DNA of 64,000 nt, taken from Synechococcus sp. Lineage in GTDB: Bacteria > Cyanobacteriota > Cyanobacteriia > PCC-6307 > Cyanobiaceae. The position numbers were made by a program, and so were the translations under genes. Shown piece after piece: positions 11,223 through 21,423 of this stretch. Location: assembly GCA_047285305.1 (NCBI GenBank), contig JBJBDL010000003.1:1184001-1248000 (forward strand). Reading direction: 5' to 3'. Position 1 is the first letter of the stretch, and each line of letters opens with the position of its first letter. The notes beneath the pieces are model-generated. The model saw only the letters and a program-made list of their open reading frames with translations, had not been told where the DNA came from and did no database searches.

Positions 11223-12587
11223 GTGTTCCGCCACGCCATGGGTCGCGCCGAAGCCTTGATTGCCCTGCGGCAAGCCCTCAGTGCTGATCCGGAACTGGAG
11301 TTGTTGGAGGAACTAGGGGAGCTGAAGCGCCATTCCCTGGACGCCTTTGAGTACTCCCCCGTCCTTACGCCGCGGCTGGAGGCCTGCCGTGCTGAGTTGG
11401 TGGTCCGCCCGCGCACGGTGGATGCCGTCGAAAGGCTGGCTTCGGCCTGCGCCGTGCACCAGGTTCCCTTAACCCTGCGCGGCTCTGGGACAGGGAACTA
11501 CGGCCAGTGTGTGCCTCTGCAGGGCGGGGTGGTGATGCTCACCACCGCCCTGCGGCAGATCCGCTCGATTGATCCGATCACCGGGGTGGTGACCGTGGAA
11601 CCGGGCTGTGTGATGCGCGATCTGGATCAGGAGTTGCGCCGCCATGGACGCCAGCTGCGCTTGATGCCCAGCACCTGGCGCAGCGCCACCATTGGCGGCT
11701 TTGTTGCAGGGGGTTCTGGGGGCATCGGTTCGCTGCGCTGGGGCTTTCTGCGGGATCCAGGCCATCTGCTCGGGTTGGAGATCGTGTCGCTACGTGCCGA
11801 TGCCCAGCGCCATCTACTCGGCGAGATGGATGCGGAGGCCTTGAATCACGCCTATGGCACCAACGGCATCATCACGGCCCTCAGCCTGGCCACGGCTCCA
11901 GCGGTCAACTGGCACCAGGTGAGTGTGGACTGCGAGCACTGGGAGCAGGCGATTGAGCTGATGCAACGGATAGCTGCCTCGGCCTTGGATCTCCATTTGG
12001 CGACCCTGCTGGAACAGCCGCTGCTGTCCCGGATGCCCGGCTGGGCTGGCCCTGTCGTCTCCGCGCACCGGCTGCTGTTGCTCGTTGCACCCGATGGGCT
12101 CAACAGCCTGCAACGGATGGCGCAGTCAGCCGGCGCCAACCTGCGGGATCTCGGCCCTGAGGATCTCTCTGGGGGCAATGGCTTGCGCGAGCTGAGCTGG
12201 AACCACACCACCCTGCATGTGCGGGCTTCAGAGCCGGGATGGACCTACCTGCAGATGCTGTTGCCGCGACCGGAGGCCCCAGCGATGGCGGCATTGAAGC
12301 AGCGCTGGGGTGATGCTCTGCTCTGGCATCTCGAGCTTGTGCGTCAGCAGGGCTGTCCTCGGCTGGCGGCACTGCCGCTCGTGCGTTGGCAGGGGGCAGA
12401 ACAGCTGAACCGGTTGATGGACGACTGCAGGTCCGCGGGTGCCGTGTTGTTCAACCCCCACGTGATCACGGTGGAAGACGGCGGCCTTGGCGTCATCGAT
12501 GCCGATCAGGTGGCGGCCAAGCAGCGCTTTGATCCCGAGGGGTTGCTCAATCCCGGCAAGCTTCGGGGTTGGGAGGAGCGCTCCTGA
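11223..12587 (+). CDS. FAD-binding oxidoreductase (GlcD/VAO family)
   Basis: RGSGTGNYGQ, ATIGGFVAGG, GTNGII, C-terminal FDPEGLLNPGK. Confidence 0.85.
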   Translation: MFRHAMGRAEALIALRQALSADPELELLEELGELKRHSLDAFEYSPVLTPRLEACRAELVVRPRTVDAVERLASACAVHQVPLTLRGSGTGNYGQCVPLQGGVVMLTTALRQIRSIDPITGVVTVEPGCVMRDLDQELRRHGRQLRLMPSTWRSATIGGFVAGGSGGIGSLRWGFLRDPGHLLGLEIVSLRADAQRHLLGEMDAEALNHAYGTNGIITALSLATAPAVNWHQVSVDCEHWEQAIELMQRIAASALDLHLATLLEQPLLSRMPGWAGPVVSAHRLLLLVAPDGLNSLQRMAQSAGANLRDLGPEDLSGGNGLRELSWNHTTLHVRASEPGWTYLQMLLPRPEAPAMAALKQRWGDALLWHLELVRQQGCPRLAALPLVRWQGAEQLNRLMDDCRSAGAVLFNPHVITVEDGGLGVIDADQVAAKQRFDPEGLLNPGKLRGWEERS

Positions 12588-12590
12588 GGA

Positions 12591-13112
12591 TCAGCAGCCC
12601 AGACTGTCGAAGGTGGAGACTCCGGTGCTGGGGTTGATCCCATCGGCCTCGCCGCACAGCCGGCGTTGATCATCACGATCGAGCAGGGCATCAGTGAAAT
12701 CGGCCCCCTCGATCTGAGCGTTGCTGAAGCTGCTGCCCGACGCAATGATTCCGGTCAGGACCGCATTGCGTAGATCGGTGGCGACGAAGTCGGCGCGATC
12801 CATCAGTGCATCGGAGAGGTCAGCTCCCTGGAAATCAGCTTCGGCGAAGGCCCCTTGGGTGAGGATCGCGCCATGCAGGTTGGCGCCTCGGAAATTCGCT
12901 CCGCGGCCCACGGCTCCGGCGAAGGATGTGTTGGCCAGGTTCTGCCCCTCGAAGTCGCCGTTGCTCTGGTTAGTGAGCGTGTAGTCCACCATCTCCTGGA
13001 ACAGGGCACGATCCTGCAGTCCCACCCCAGCCGAGGTGTCCAGGGCCTGGGCCGGCGTTGCCATGAGCAGAAGGGGCAGGAGAAGGCCCAGCAACCGGGA
13101 GATTCGCAGCAC
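12591..13112 (-). CDS. Secreted/lumenal pentapeptide repeat protein
   Basis: Signal peptide ending AQA, A(D/N)(F/L)xx repeats, C-terminal C...NP.TG.ST..SLGC. Confidence 0.9.
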   Translation of the reverse strand: MLRISRLLGLLLPLLLMATPAQALDTSAGVGLQDRALFQEMVDYTLTNQSNGDFEGQNLANTSFAGAVGRGANFRGANLHGAILTQGAFAEADFQGADLSDALMDRADFVATDLRNAVLTGIIASGSSFSNAQIEGADFTDALLDRDDQRRLCGEADGINPSTGVSTFDSLGC

Positions 13113-13132
13113 AGTCCACGCACAAGCTCTGC

Positions 13133-14347
13133 TTACTCTGCCGTTACAACGCCGCGAGCGAACAGGTCACCGATCAGATACAGCGATCCGGCAACAATCG
13201 GTACCGGTGTCGGCCATCCATTGCTGCTGAGCTGGTGCAGCACGCTTTCGAGGCCGTCGGCCTCCTGCAGCTGATGCTCGAGTAGGGGCAGTTCCTGGAG
13301 GAGGGCCGAACGGCTCCAGCTCCTGTGGCTCGGCACCGGAATGATCCAGGCCTGGTCCTGGGGCTGAAGCAGCGTCTGGAGCATGGCGACAGCGTCCTTA
13401 TGGGCCTGAATCGCCAGGATCCAAACAACACCGTTGCAGGCACCACTCCACTGGCTGCGTTCTTCGGCCAGCTGCACTGCGGCCGGTGGATTGTGGGCTC
13501 CATCGAGGCGAAGCTTGTGGTGGCCCCAATGCACTGTTTGCAGGCGACCTGGCCAGTGGGCTTTGGCGAAGCCCTTCTTAATCACAGCCTCAGGCAACGA
13601 CCAGCCCAAGTCCGTGAGGGCTTGCAAGGCACCGAGGGCTACAGCGGCGTTACTTCGCTGAATGGCGCCGGGCAAGCCCAGTTGCCAGCTTGAATTCAGG
13701 GGCTTCACCCAGTGGAGCGTGGCCTGCTGAGTGCGGCAGGTTGTTTCCAGGACCTCCTGCACTTCAGGGGCTTGGGCGCCACTGATCACGGTGGCCTGAG
13801 GCGGGATCGCTGCCGCTTTTTCGGTTGCGATGGCGGTGAGGCTGTTGCCCAGGTGCTCGCAGTGGTCCATCCCAATGCTGGCGACGGCCACCACAGGACG
13901 GCAGGGATGGGCCGTGGTGGCATCAAGCCGTCCCCCCAGTCCCACTTCCAGCACCAGCAGGTCGCAGGCGTGCTGGTGGAACTCCAACAGGGCTGCGGTC
14001 ACAAGCAGTTCAAACGGGGTGAGCCGATGCCGTTCGTTCAGGGGCTGGAGTTCCTGCAACCGGCTGCGCAGGGTCTCAATCGCAATGGGGGTCCCCTGGA
14101 TCCGGATGCGTTCGCACCAGCTCACCAGGTGAGGGGAGGTGGTGACCCCGCAGCAGAGGCCGGCGGCACAGAGGGCTGATTCCAGAAAGCTGACGATGGA
14201 TCCCTTCCCGTTGGTGCCAAGCACCTGGATCGCGGGAATCGTCCGACAGGGATGGTCGAGCTCGTGCAGGGCCAAATGCATGCGATCCAACTGCAGATCC
14301 ATGCCACGCAGGTCGAAGCGTGGGATCAGATCAGACAGATCGTCCAC
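13133..14347 (-). CDS. folC: Dihydrofolate/folylpolyglutamate synthase
   Basis: GTNGKGS, TSPHL, LEVGLGGRLDAT, WPGR, DGAHN, GSLYL. Confidence 0.95.
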   Translation of the reverse strand: MDDLSDLIPRFDLRGMDLQLDRMHLALHELDHPCRTIPAIQVLGTNGKGSIVSFLESALCAAGLCCGVTTSPHLVSWCERIRIQGTPIAIETLRSRLQELQPLNERHRLTPFELLVTAALLEFHQHACDLLVLEVGLGGRLDATTAHPCRPVVAVASIGMDHCEHLGNSLTAIATEKAAAIPPQATVISGAQAPEVQEVLETTCRTQQATLHWVKPLNSSWQLGLPGAIQRSNAAVALGALQALTDLGWSLPEAVIKKGFAKAHWPGRLQTVHWGHHKLRLDGAHNPPAAVQLAEERSQWSGACNGVVWILAIQAHKDAVAMLQTLLQPQDQAWIIPVPSHRSWSRSALLQELPLLEHQLQEADGLESVLHQLSSNGWPTPVPIVAGSLYLIGDLFARGVVTAE

Positions 14348-15529
14348 TCAGCTGAGGCTGGAGAGGGTTGCCGCCAGACGGCGCAGCAGTTCGCGCACCT
14401 CGCGCTTGTTGATGGTCAGTGGTGGCACCATGCGCAGCACTGAGGGGCCTGCCGCCACCAGCAGCAGGCCGTGGTCGATGGCGGCTTTCGCAAGTGCGGG
14501 GGCCGTCCAATTGCTGCCCTCCCGGATGACGATGCCCTGCAGCAGGCCCCAGCCCCGCACGCCTTGGAGGTGCTCGGGGAAACAGTTCACAAGCTCCTGG
14601 AGCCCGTCGCGCATTTGTTCGCCTCGGGCTGTGACGTTGGTCAGCAGATCTCGTCGTTCGATTTCGGTGGCCACCGTCAACCCCGCCCGGCAGGCGAAAG
14701 GATTGCCGCCGAAGGTGCTGGCATGGTCGCCGGGTTCAAAAACATCAGCTGACGCATTCACCAGCAGGGCTCCAATGGCATGGCCACCGCCCAGGCCTTT
14801 GGCCAGGGTGAAGGCGTCAGGGGTGATGCCCAGTTGCTCATAGCCCCAGAGGCGGCCACTCCGCCCCATGCCTATCTGCACCTCATCAAGGATCAGCAGG
14901 ATGTTCCGCTCCGTGCAGATCTCGCGCAGGCGTGAGAAGAAAGCGCGGTCTCCAGGGTTGACCCCACCCTCACCTTGCAGGGGTTCAACCAGAACGGCCG
15001 CGATCGAGGGACCGGCCTGTTCGTAGCGGTTGATCAGGGCTTCGAGGGCCTTCAGATCGTTGTAGGGGAAATAATCAAAACCGGTCACCAAGGGCTCAAA
15101 ACCCTTGTGGTACTTGGGCTGACCGGTGGCGGTGACCGCCGCGAGTGTGCGGCCATGGAAGCTGGCTGCTGCTGTGAGGATCACGGGCCGCTCGATGCCG
15201 CGCCGTTGATGGCCGTGTTTGCGCGCCAGCTTGATCGCGGCTTCATTGGCTTCGGCGCCGGAATTGCAGAAGAAGACGCTGTCGGCACAGCTGTTGCGCA
15301 CCAGCCAGCTTGCCAGCTCTTCCTGTTCCGGAATCCGATAGAGGTTGGAAACGTGCTGGAGACGTCCCAGCTGCTTGCGGAGAGCCCGCTGCATGGCTCT
15401 GTCGCTGTGGCCCAGGGTGCAGGTGGCAATACCAGCAACAGCATCCAGGTAGCGCCGCCCTTTGGTGTCCTTGACCCAGCAGCCTTTCCCCTTGGCCAGA
15501 GCCAAAGGGAAACGGCCGTAGGTGTTCAT
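14348..15529 (-). CDS. argD: Acetylornithine aminotransferase
   Basis: MNTYGRFP, NSGAEANEAA, FHGRT, EPLQGEGG, DEVQ.G.GR, LAKGLGGG; start set at ATG 15529 because the longer ORF runs through a tRNA. Confidence 0.93.
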   Translation of the reverse strand: MNTYGRFPLALAKGKGCWVKDTKGRRYLDAVAGIATCTLGHSDRAMQRALRKQLGRLQHVSNLYRIPEQEELASWLVRNSCADSVFFCNSGAEANEAAIKLARKHGHQRRGIERPVILTAAASFHGRTLAAVTATGQPKYHKGFEPLVTGFDYFPYNDLKALEALINRYEQAGPSIAAVLVEPLQGEGGVNPGDRAFFSRLREICTERNILLILDEVQIGMGRSGRLWGYEQLGITPDAFTLAKGLGGGHAIGALLVNASADVFEPGDHASTFGGNPFACRAGLTVATEIERRDLLTNVTARGEQMRDGLQELVNCFPEHLQGVRGWGLLQGIVIREGSNWTAPALAKAAIDHGLLLVAAGPSVLRMVPPLTINKREVRELLRRLAATLSSLS

Positions 15530-15542
15530 GACGGCGGAGGGA

Positions 15543-15625
15543 TGGGAGCCGGGGGACTTGAACCCCCAAGACCAGTGGCCGGCTGATTTTGAGTCAGCTG
15601 CGTCTACCAATTCCGCCAGGCTCCC
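15543..15625 (-). tRNA. tRNA-Leu(CAA)
   Basis: GGGAGCC acceptor stem, GCTGA-CTCAAAA-TCAGC anticodon arm, long variable arm, GGTTCAAGTCC. Confidence 0.96.
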
Positions 15626-15633
15626 GCACAGGG

Positions 15634-15639
15634 ATTGTA
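15634..15639 (-). promoter_or_regulatory. Putative -10 box for tRNA-Leu(CAA)-argD
   Basis: TACAAT on the minus strand, 8 nt upstream of the tRNA 5' end. Confidence 0.55.
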
Positions 15640-15658
15640 TTGATTGAAGGGCCCCTCT

Positions 15659-16960
15659 TCAGAGGATGTTGCGCTTCACCTCAGCGCCGGCAGCGCTGAG
15701 CTTGGCTTCGAGGTCGTCGTAACCCCGATCAAGGTGCTTGAGACCAGCCACTTCCGTGATTCCTTTGGCGGAGAGGCCAGCCAGCACCATGGCAGCGGCT
15801 GCACGGAGGTCGGTGCCGGTGACGGGCGCCGCGCTCAGCTGAGCCACGCCTTCAACGATTGCTGTGCTGCCCTTGAGCCGAATCGATGCACCCATGCGCT
15901 GCAGCTCGGCCACATGTTGCAGCCGGTTTTCATAGATCTTTTCGCTGATCACGCTGGTGCCCTTCGCTGTGCACATAAGGGCCATGAACGGTGCCTGAAG
16001 ATCGGTTGGAAACCCTGGAAACGGTTGGGTGGTGATGTCCACGGCCGTGATCTCGCCGGGGGTGATCGTCACTGCCCTCCCCTTGATCTCGATGGAGCAG
16101 CCGCAATCGCGAAGCTTTTGGATCACAGCGCTGAGATGTTCGGGAATGACGGGCTCGACCACCATTGGTGAGCGCGTGATGGCGGCCGCCATTAGGAACG
16201 TTCCGGCTTCGATGCGATCCGGGATCACCGGATAGTTGGTGCAACCACCGAGCCGCTCCACGCCTTTAACGGTGATCACCGGTCCGCCAGCGCCGCTGAC
16301 CTGGGCGCCCATGCTGTTGAGCAAGTTGGCTAGGTCCTGCACTTCAGGTTCCTGAGCAGCATTTTCGATGGTGGAGACCCCATCGGCCAGAACCGCTGCC
16401 ATCAGAATGGTTTCGGTGGCGCCAACGCTGGGGCAGTCGAGCACGATCTGAGCGCCTGTCAGGCGTTTTTTGCTACCGGGCACTGAGGCAGTGACAATTC
16501 CGTGCTCCACGTTGACGACGGCACCGAGGGCTTTCAGGCCGCGGATGTGTTCGACGACGGGACGTGCCCCGATGCGGCATCCCCCAGGAAGTGGGACCCT
16601 CGCGTGTCCCAGACGTCCGAGCAGGGGACCAATGCTGAAAAAACTGGCGCGAAGGCTGTTGACAAGTTCGTAGGGAGGGGCCGAGCCACTGAGCTGGGCG
16701 GCGGTGAGGCGAATGCATTCCGACTGCCTGTCGACCTGAACCCCCAGCGCTTCAAGGATGGCGCTCATGCCATCGATGTCTGTGAGAGAGGGAATGTTGG
16801 TCAGCTCAATGCTCTCCTCACTAAGGATGCTTGCTGTCATCAGCACCAGGGCTGAGTTTTTCGCGCCGCTGACGCGAAGCGTTCCCTTCAAGGCGTGTCC
16901 GCCGCTGACATTGAGGCGTTGCTTGAGACTCTCCTGAGACGCTTCTGCAACGGCCATCAT
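15659..16960 (-). CDS. murA: UDP-N-acetylglucosamine 1-carboxyvinyltransferase
   Basis: SGAKNSAL, LPGGCRIGARP, PDRIEAGT, PGFPTDLQA, DLRAAAA, RGY. Confidence 0.98.
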   Translation of the reverse strand: MMAVAEASQESLKQRLNVSGGHALKGTLRVSGAKNSALVLMTASILSEESIELTNIPSLTDIDGMSAILEALGVQVDRQSECIRLTAAQLSGSAPPYELVNSLRASFFSIGPLLGRLGHARVPLPGGCRIGARPVVEHIRGLKALGAVVNVEHGIVTASVPGSKKRLTGAQIVLDCPSVGATETILMAAVLADGVSTIENAAQEPEVQDLANLLNSMGAQVSGAGGPVITVKGVERLGGCTNYPVIPDRIEAGTFLMAAAITRSPMVVEPVIPEHLSAVIQKLRDCGCSIEIKGRAVTITPGEITAVDITTQPFPGFPTDLQAPFMALMCTAKGTSVISEKIYENRLQHVAELQRMGASIRLKGSTAIVEGVAQLSAAPVTGTDLRAAAAMVLAGLSAKGITEVAGLKHLDRGYDDLEAKLSAAGAEVKRNIL

Positions 16961-17109
16961 CGATGAGCTGATCCCCTATGTCCGGATTTTGGCAACAGTC
17001 TTTGAGACCGTCTAGACGGCCGGCGTTCAAACTGGATAGTTTGTTACGGGGCCGGGGCAGCCACAGATCGGCGATGCCCTATGTTCTTCACGTCGAACAC
17101 GACACGCCA

Positions 17110-17193
17110 GCGGATGTGGCGGAATTGGTAGACGCGCTAGTTTCAGGTACTAGTGGTGGCAACATCGTGGGAGTTCAAGTCTCCCCATCCGCA
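17110..17193 (+). tRNA. tRNA-Leu(CAG)
   Basis: GCGGATG acceptor stem, CTAGT-TTCAGGT-ACTAG anticodon arm, long variable arm, GTTCAAGTC. Confidence 0.96.
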
Positions 17194-17225
17194 TTAACTT
17201 TGTCGGGTAGCAGCTCTCGACAAAA

Positions 17226-17474
17226 ATGATCGTTCTCAAGATCTCCAACGCTTCGGAAGTTGTTGCTTCCAAAGTTGGCAAGTTCCTTGAGCTGCTCACA
17301 CCTGATTCCATTGATCACGCCACAGTTGAGGATCAAGTAATCAAAAAGATGATCGAAAATCTTGCAGCTGAAGGAATCAAGGGTGAGATTGCAGCCATCA
17401 ACGGCCTTGAGTTGGATGGTGAAAATCTGAGCGTCCACAAAGGCCTGAATGTGCGCAAACACGCAGCGTTCTGA
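17226..17474 (+). CDS. Small conserved hypothetical protein (82 aa)
   Basis: ATG start just after the tRNA, globular-looking composition, fills the gap before spoU. Confidence 0.75.
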   Translation: MIVLKISNASEVVASKVGKFLELLTPDSIDHATVEDQVIKKMIENLAAEGIKGEIAAINGLELDGENLSVHKGLNVRKHAAF

Positions 17475-18334
17475 GTCGTTCTCTGGATTCCTCCTCTCCC
17501 CTGATCAGCAGCCGACGCAATCCTCTGGTCAAACGGCTGCGAACCCTGGCCACCCGTGCAGGGCGAGAGGCCGAGGGGCTTTTGCTTCTTGAGGGCACCC
17601 ACCTGTTGCAGGAAGTTCTCAGATATGGCAACGCGCCCGAGGAAATCATCGCGACCGAAGCCTGGTTGCAAGGTCATTCGGCCGTGGCTGAACGTTGTTC
17701 CCAGGCGCGATGGCGGATCGTCACCGATGAGGTGTTGCGGGCTGCGCTCACAACGGTCACACCCGATGGTGTTGCCTGCCTGAGCCCCCTGGATCAACTG
17801 CCAACCGTGGCTCCAGAGCTGGATTTTCTGCTTGTTCTGGATCGGATTCAGGATCCTGGGAATCTGGGCACATTGCTGCGCACTGCTCTGGCGGCTGACG
17901 TCAACGCGGTCTGGATGGGAGCTGGTGTTGATCCCCTCGGCACGAAGGTGTTGCGGGCCTCTGCCGGTGCTCTGCTTCAACTGCCGCATCAACGCTTTGG
18001 CCCGAGCGAAGCGATGGCGATTTCACAGCTTCAGCAGGAACTGAAGCAGCTCGTGGCCTTGGGTGTGCAAGTGGTGGCGACCCTTGTGCCCGATGCGACC
18101 AAGGCTGATCCTCCTTCTCCCTACTGGGATCTCGACTGGACTCTGCCGACGGCGCTGGTGCTGGGAACCGAGGGTGCAGGTCTGCATCCGGACCTGCAGG
18201 CCTGCTGCACCCATGCCGTCACGCTCCCCCACAGCGCACGGGTGGAATCCCTGAATGTGGCGTCTGCCGCTGTTCCTCTCCTTCTGGAGCGGCGAAGAGC
18301 GACAATGACCGCCACATCGCAGCAGTTCGGGTGA
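17471..18334 (+). CDS. TrmH/SpoU family RNA methyltransferase
   Basis: QDPGNLGTLLRTA, LVLGTEGAGL, VESLNVA; the N-terminal ISSRRNPLVKRLR motif lies upstream of the first TTG (17582), so the start is extended to CTG 17471. Confidence 0.85.
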   Translation: MSRSLDSSSPLISSRRNPLVKRLRTLATRAGREAEGLLLLEGTHLLQEVLRYGNAPEEIIATEAWLQGHSAVAERCSQARWRIVTDEVLRAALTTVTPDGVACLSPLDQLPTVAPELDFLLVLDRIQDPGNLGTLLRTALAADVNAVWMGAGVDPLGTKVLRASAGALLQLPHQRFGPSEAMAISQLQQELKQLVALGVQVVATLVPDATKADPPSPYWDLDWTLPTALVLGTEGAGLHPDLQACCTHAVTLPHSARVESLNVASAAVPLLLERRRATMTATSQQFG

Positions 18335-19773
18335 GCGACGCCAGCTTCGACTTCGACGTCATTGTTATTGGAGCCGGCTACGGCGGCTTCGACGCTGCCA
18401 AACATGCCGCCGAACACGGCCTGAAAACAGCGATCGTTGAATCCCGCGATATGGGTGGCACCTGTGTGAACAGGGGCTGTGTTCCCTCCAAGGCGCTGCT
18501 GGCTGCCAGTGGAAAAGTTCGGGAGCTGGCGGACGACAAGCACCTCGCGAGCTTCGGAATTCATGCTGCTCCTGTGCGGTTCGAGCGTCAGAAGATCGCT
18601 GATCACGCCAATCAGCTGGTTCAAACCATTCGCACCAACCTCACCAAAACCCTTGAACGGGCGGGGGTGACGATCCTCCGAGGCCACGGCCGTCTGGAGG
18701 GAAGCCAGAAGGTGGGGCTGCGGGAGCCCAGCGGGGTGGACAGGGTGCTGACCGCCAAAGACGTGATCATCGCCACGGGGTCTGATCCCTTTGTGCCGCC
18801 AGGCATTGAAACCGATGGCCGCACGGTGTTCACCAGTGACGAAGCCATCAACCTGGAATGGTTGCCCCGTTGGATCGCCATCATCGGCAGCGGTTACATC
18901 GGCCTTGAATTTGCTGATGTGTACACCGCCCTCGGTTGCGAGGTGACGATGATCGAGGCCATGGACAAGGTGATGCCCACCTTTGATCCCGACATCGCCA
19001 AGATCGCTGGGCGACATCTGATTGATGGTCGCGATATCGATGCGCGTTCTGGTCTGCTGGCTCGCAAGGTCAACCCGGGCTGTCCCGTGCAGATCGAACT
19101 GGCTGATTTCAACAGCCGTGAACTGGTTGAGACCCTTGAGGTGGATGCCGTTCTGGTGGCCACAGGGCGTGTTCCCAGCAGCAAGGGCCTCAACCTTGAG
19201 TCGCTCAATGTGGAGACGAACCGTGGCTTCGTCCCGATCGACGACGCCATGCGCGTTCTGGTCAACGGCCAACCTGTTCCCCATCTCTGGGCCGTCGGCG
19301 ATGTGACCGGCAAGCTGATGCTGGCCCACACGGCTGCTGCCCAAGGCACCGTTGCGGTGGACAACATCCTTGGCCATACGCGCGAGATCGATTACCGAAG
19401 CATTCCGGCAGCCACCTTCACCCATCCCGAGATCAGCTCTGTTGGCCTGACCGAGGCGGATGCCAAAGCTTTGGCGGAGGAGAATGGCTTCCAGCTTGGT
19501 TCCGTTCGCAGCTACTTCAAGGCCAATTCCAAAGCTCTGGCTGAGCTGGACAGCGATGGTCTGATGAAGCTGCTGTTCAACAAAACCAGTGGTGAAGTGC
19601 TTGGCGCCCACATCTATGGACTTCACGCCGCCGACCTGATCCAGGAGGTGGCTAATGCCGTTGCCCGGCGCCAGAGCGTGCGTCAGCTCGCCACCGAAGT
19701 GCACACCCACCCGACCCTCAGCGAGGTGGTGGAGGTCGCTTACAAGCAAGCTGCCTCCCAGCTGGCTGCCTGA
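18331..19773 (+). CDS. lpdA: Dihydrolipoamide dehydrogenase
   Basis: [35 protein letters not shown]. Confidence 0.97.
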   Translation: MSDASFDFDVIVIGAGYGGFDAAKHAAEHGLKTAIVESRDMGGTCVNRGCVPSKALLAASGKVRELADDKHLASFGIHAAPVRFERQKIADHANQLVQTIRTNLTKTLERAGVTILRGHGRLEGSQKVGLREPSGVDRVLTAKDVIIATGSDPFVPPGIETDGRTVFTSDEAINLEWLPRWIAIIGSGYIGLEFADVYTALGCEVTMIEAMDKVMPTFDPDIAKIAGRHLIDGRDIDARSGLLARKVNPGCPVQIELADFNSRELVETLEVDAVLVATGRVPSSKGLNLESLNVETNRGFVPIDDAMRVLVNGQPVPHLWAVGDVTGKLMLAHTAAAQGTVAVDNILGHTREIDYRSIPAATFTHPEISSVGLTEADAKALAEENGFQLGSVRSYFKANSKALAELDSDGLMKLLFNKTSGEVLGAHIYGLHAADLIQEVANAVARRQSVRQLATEVHTHPTLSEVVEVAYKQAASQLAA

Positions 19774-19813
19774 TCCCATCCCGCTTTTTTCGTTCCAGTC
19801 TTTTCCCTCTTCC

Positions 19814-20701
19814 ATGGAGATCCGCCGTCGCCCCCCCAACCCCAAGGTGCGGGTGGCCCATCTCGAATATGCGGTGCCCCACGACGACGAGGAACCGCGT
19901 CACATCCTCGAGAAGATTGTCTGGGAAAAAGATCGTGAGATCGATGCCGCCCGCGACAAGGTTCCCCTCGACAACCTGAAGAAGCAGATTGCCAAGCTTC
20001 CCCCCACCAAGGATTTCCTGGGGGAGCTTCAGGCGGCCGCCACGAAACCTGCGGTGATCGCTGAGGTGAAAAAAGCGAGCCCTAGCAAAGGGGTGATCCG
20101 TGAGGATTTCGATCCGGTGGCGATCGCCAAGGCCTATGCCGCTGGCGGTGCAAGTTGCCTCTCGGTGCTCACCGACAAAACCTTCTTCCAGGGTGGCTTT
20201 GATGTCCTGGTGCAGGTGCGTCAGGCCGTAGACCTACCTCTGCTCTGCAAGGAGTTTGTGCTGAGCCCCTATCAGTTGTTCCAGGCCAGGGCGGCCGGGG
20301 CTGACGCGGTGCTGCTGATTGCTGCCATCCTTTCGGATCAGGATCTTCGTTATCTCAACAAGGCTGCGGCGGCTCTGGGCCTCACCGTGTTGGTGGAGGT
20401 TCACGACGCCAACGAAATGGACCGTGTGCTGAATATTGGTGGCTTCCCTCTGATCGGAATCAACAACCGTGATCTCACTAGCTTCGAGACGGATCTGGTC
20501 ACGACCGAGCGGCTGCTGGTCGACTTCAACGACCGGTTGAACCAACAGGGGGTGCTGCTGGTGAGTGAATCGGGTCTGTTCAGCCGGGCCGATCTCGACC
20601 GCGTGCAAGCCGCCGGTGCGGGAGCTGTGCTGGTGGGGGAAGCCCTGATGCGTCAGCCGGATGTTGAAGCTGGTTTGGTGCAGTTGATCCAGCCCGGTTA
20701 A
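19814..20701 (+). CDS. trpC: Indole-3-glycerol phosphate synthase
   Basis: [35 protein letters not shown]; start at MEIRRRPP. Confidence 0.96.
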   Translation: MEIRRRPPNPKVRVAHLEYAVPHDDEEPRHILEKIVWEKDREIDAARDKVPLDNLKKQIAKLPPTKDFLGELQAAATKPAVIAEVKKASPSKGVIREDFDPVAIAKAYAAGGASCLSVLTDKTFFQGGFDVLVQVRQAVDLPLLCKEFVLSPYQLFQARAAGADAVLLIAAILSDQDLRYLNKAAAALGLTVLVEVHDANEMDRVLNIGGFPLIGINNRDLTSFETDLVTTERLLVDFNDRLNQQGVLLVSESGLFSRADLDRVQAAGAGAVLVGEALMRQPDVEAGLVQLIQPG

Positions 20702-20754
20702 GGCCTTTCCTCTTTCACTGCTGATGCAGAATTGCGACATTCAGGCGGTTCTTT

Positions 20755-21423
20755 GTGCTGATTAGCCTTTTGACCGGTGTTGCAGCCGGGGCCGTTCATG
20801 TGGTCGGTGGTGCTGATCACCTGGTGGCAATGGCGCCCTTCTCCCTGAGCAAGCCATGGGCCGCCTTTCGACATGCCCTGGCTTGGGGTGTTGGTCATTC
20901 CACCGGAGTTGTGGTTCTGGCGTTAATCGCCATTGGTCTGAAAGACCTGGCCCACGTGGAGGCCATGTCGTCTTGGGCGGAATTTTTGGTCGGTGTGGCC
21001 CTGCTTGTGGTGGGTGCCCTGGCCGTGCGCACGGCGTTCGGGCTGGAATTGCACACCCATGAGCACCGCCACGATGGTGCCGCCGAGCATCGTCATCTTC
21101 ATCTGCATGTGCGCGGCGCCAGCAACCACCGTCGCCACGTCCATGCCTCCTCGGGCCTGGGCTTGTTGCATGGACTGGCGGGGGCCAGTCACCTGCTGGC
21201 TGTGATCCCTGCTTTGGCCCTGCCTCCCCATGCCGCTGTGGGCTACCTCGTGGCTTACTTGCTTGGATCCATCGGCGCAATGGTGGCCGTTGTGTCGGTG
21301 GTCTCGTTTCTCACCCTCCGCAGCGGTGCCCGGCTGATGCCCTTCCTCGTGGGCGGTGCGGGTGCTCTCTCAATCATCACCGGGGCCATCTGGCTGCAGA
21401 AGACCTCACCGGCTCTGTTCTGA
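20755..21423 (+). CDS. Nickel transporter (UreH/SodT-like, NiCoT-related)
   Basis: HVVGGADH, WGVGHS, His-rich loop, GLLHGLAG; multiple TM helices; next to sodX/sodN. Confidence 0.85.
   Translation: MLISLLTGVAAGAVHVVGGADHLVAMAPFSLSKPWAAFRHALAWGVGHSTGVVVLALIAIGLKDLAHVEAMSSWAEFLVGVALLVVGALAVRTAFGLELHTHEHRHDGAAEHRHLHLHVRGASNHRRHVHASSGLGLLHGLAGASHLLAVIPALALPPHAAVGYLVAYLLGSIGAMVAVVSVVSFLTLRSGARLMPFLVGGAGALSIITGAIWLQKTSPALF

Noticed and set aside
16978..17229. 83-aa ORF between murA and the 82-aa gene
   Set aside because: It runs across tRNA-Leu(CAG) and has no protein-like features.
18121..19845. 574-aa ORF antisense to lpdA, and similar long antisense ORFs over ffh, mnmA, GH116 and ftsH
   Set aside because: These are shadow ORFs expected from GC-rich codon bias. 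They have no motifs and overlap clear genes on the opposite strand.
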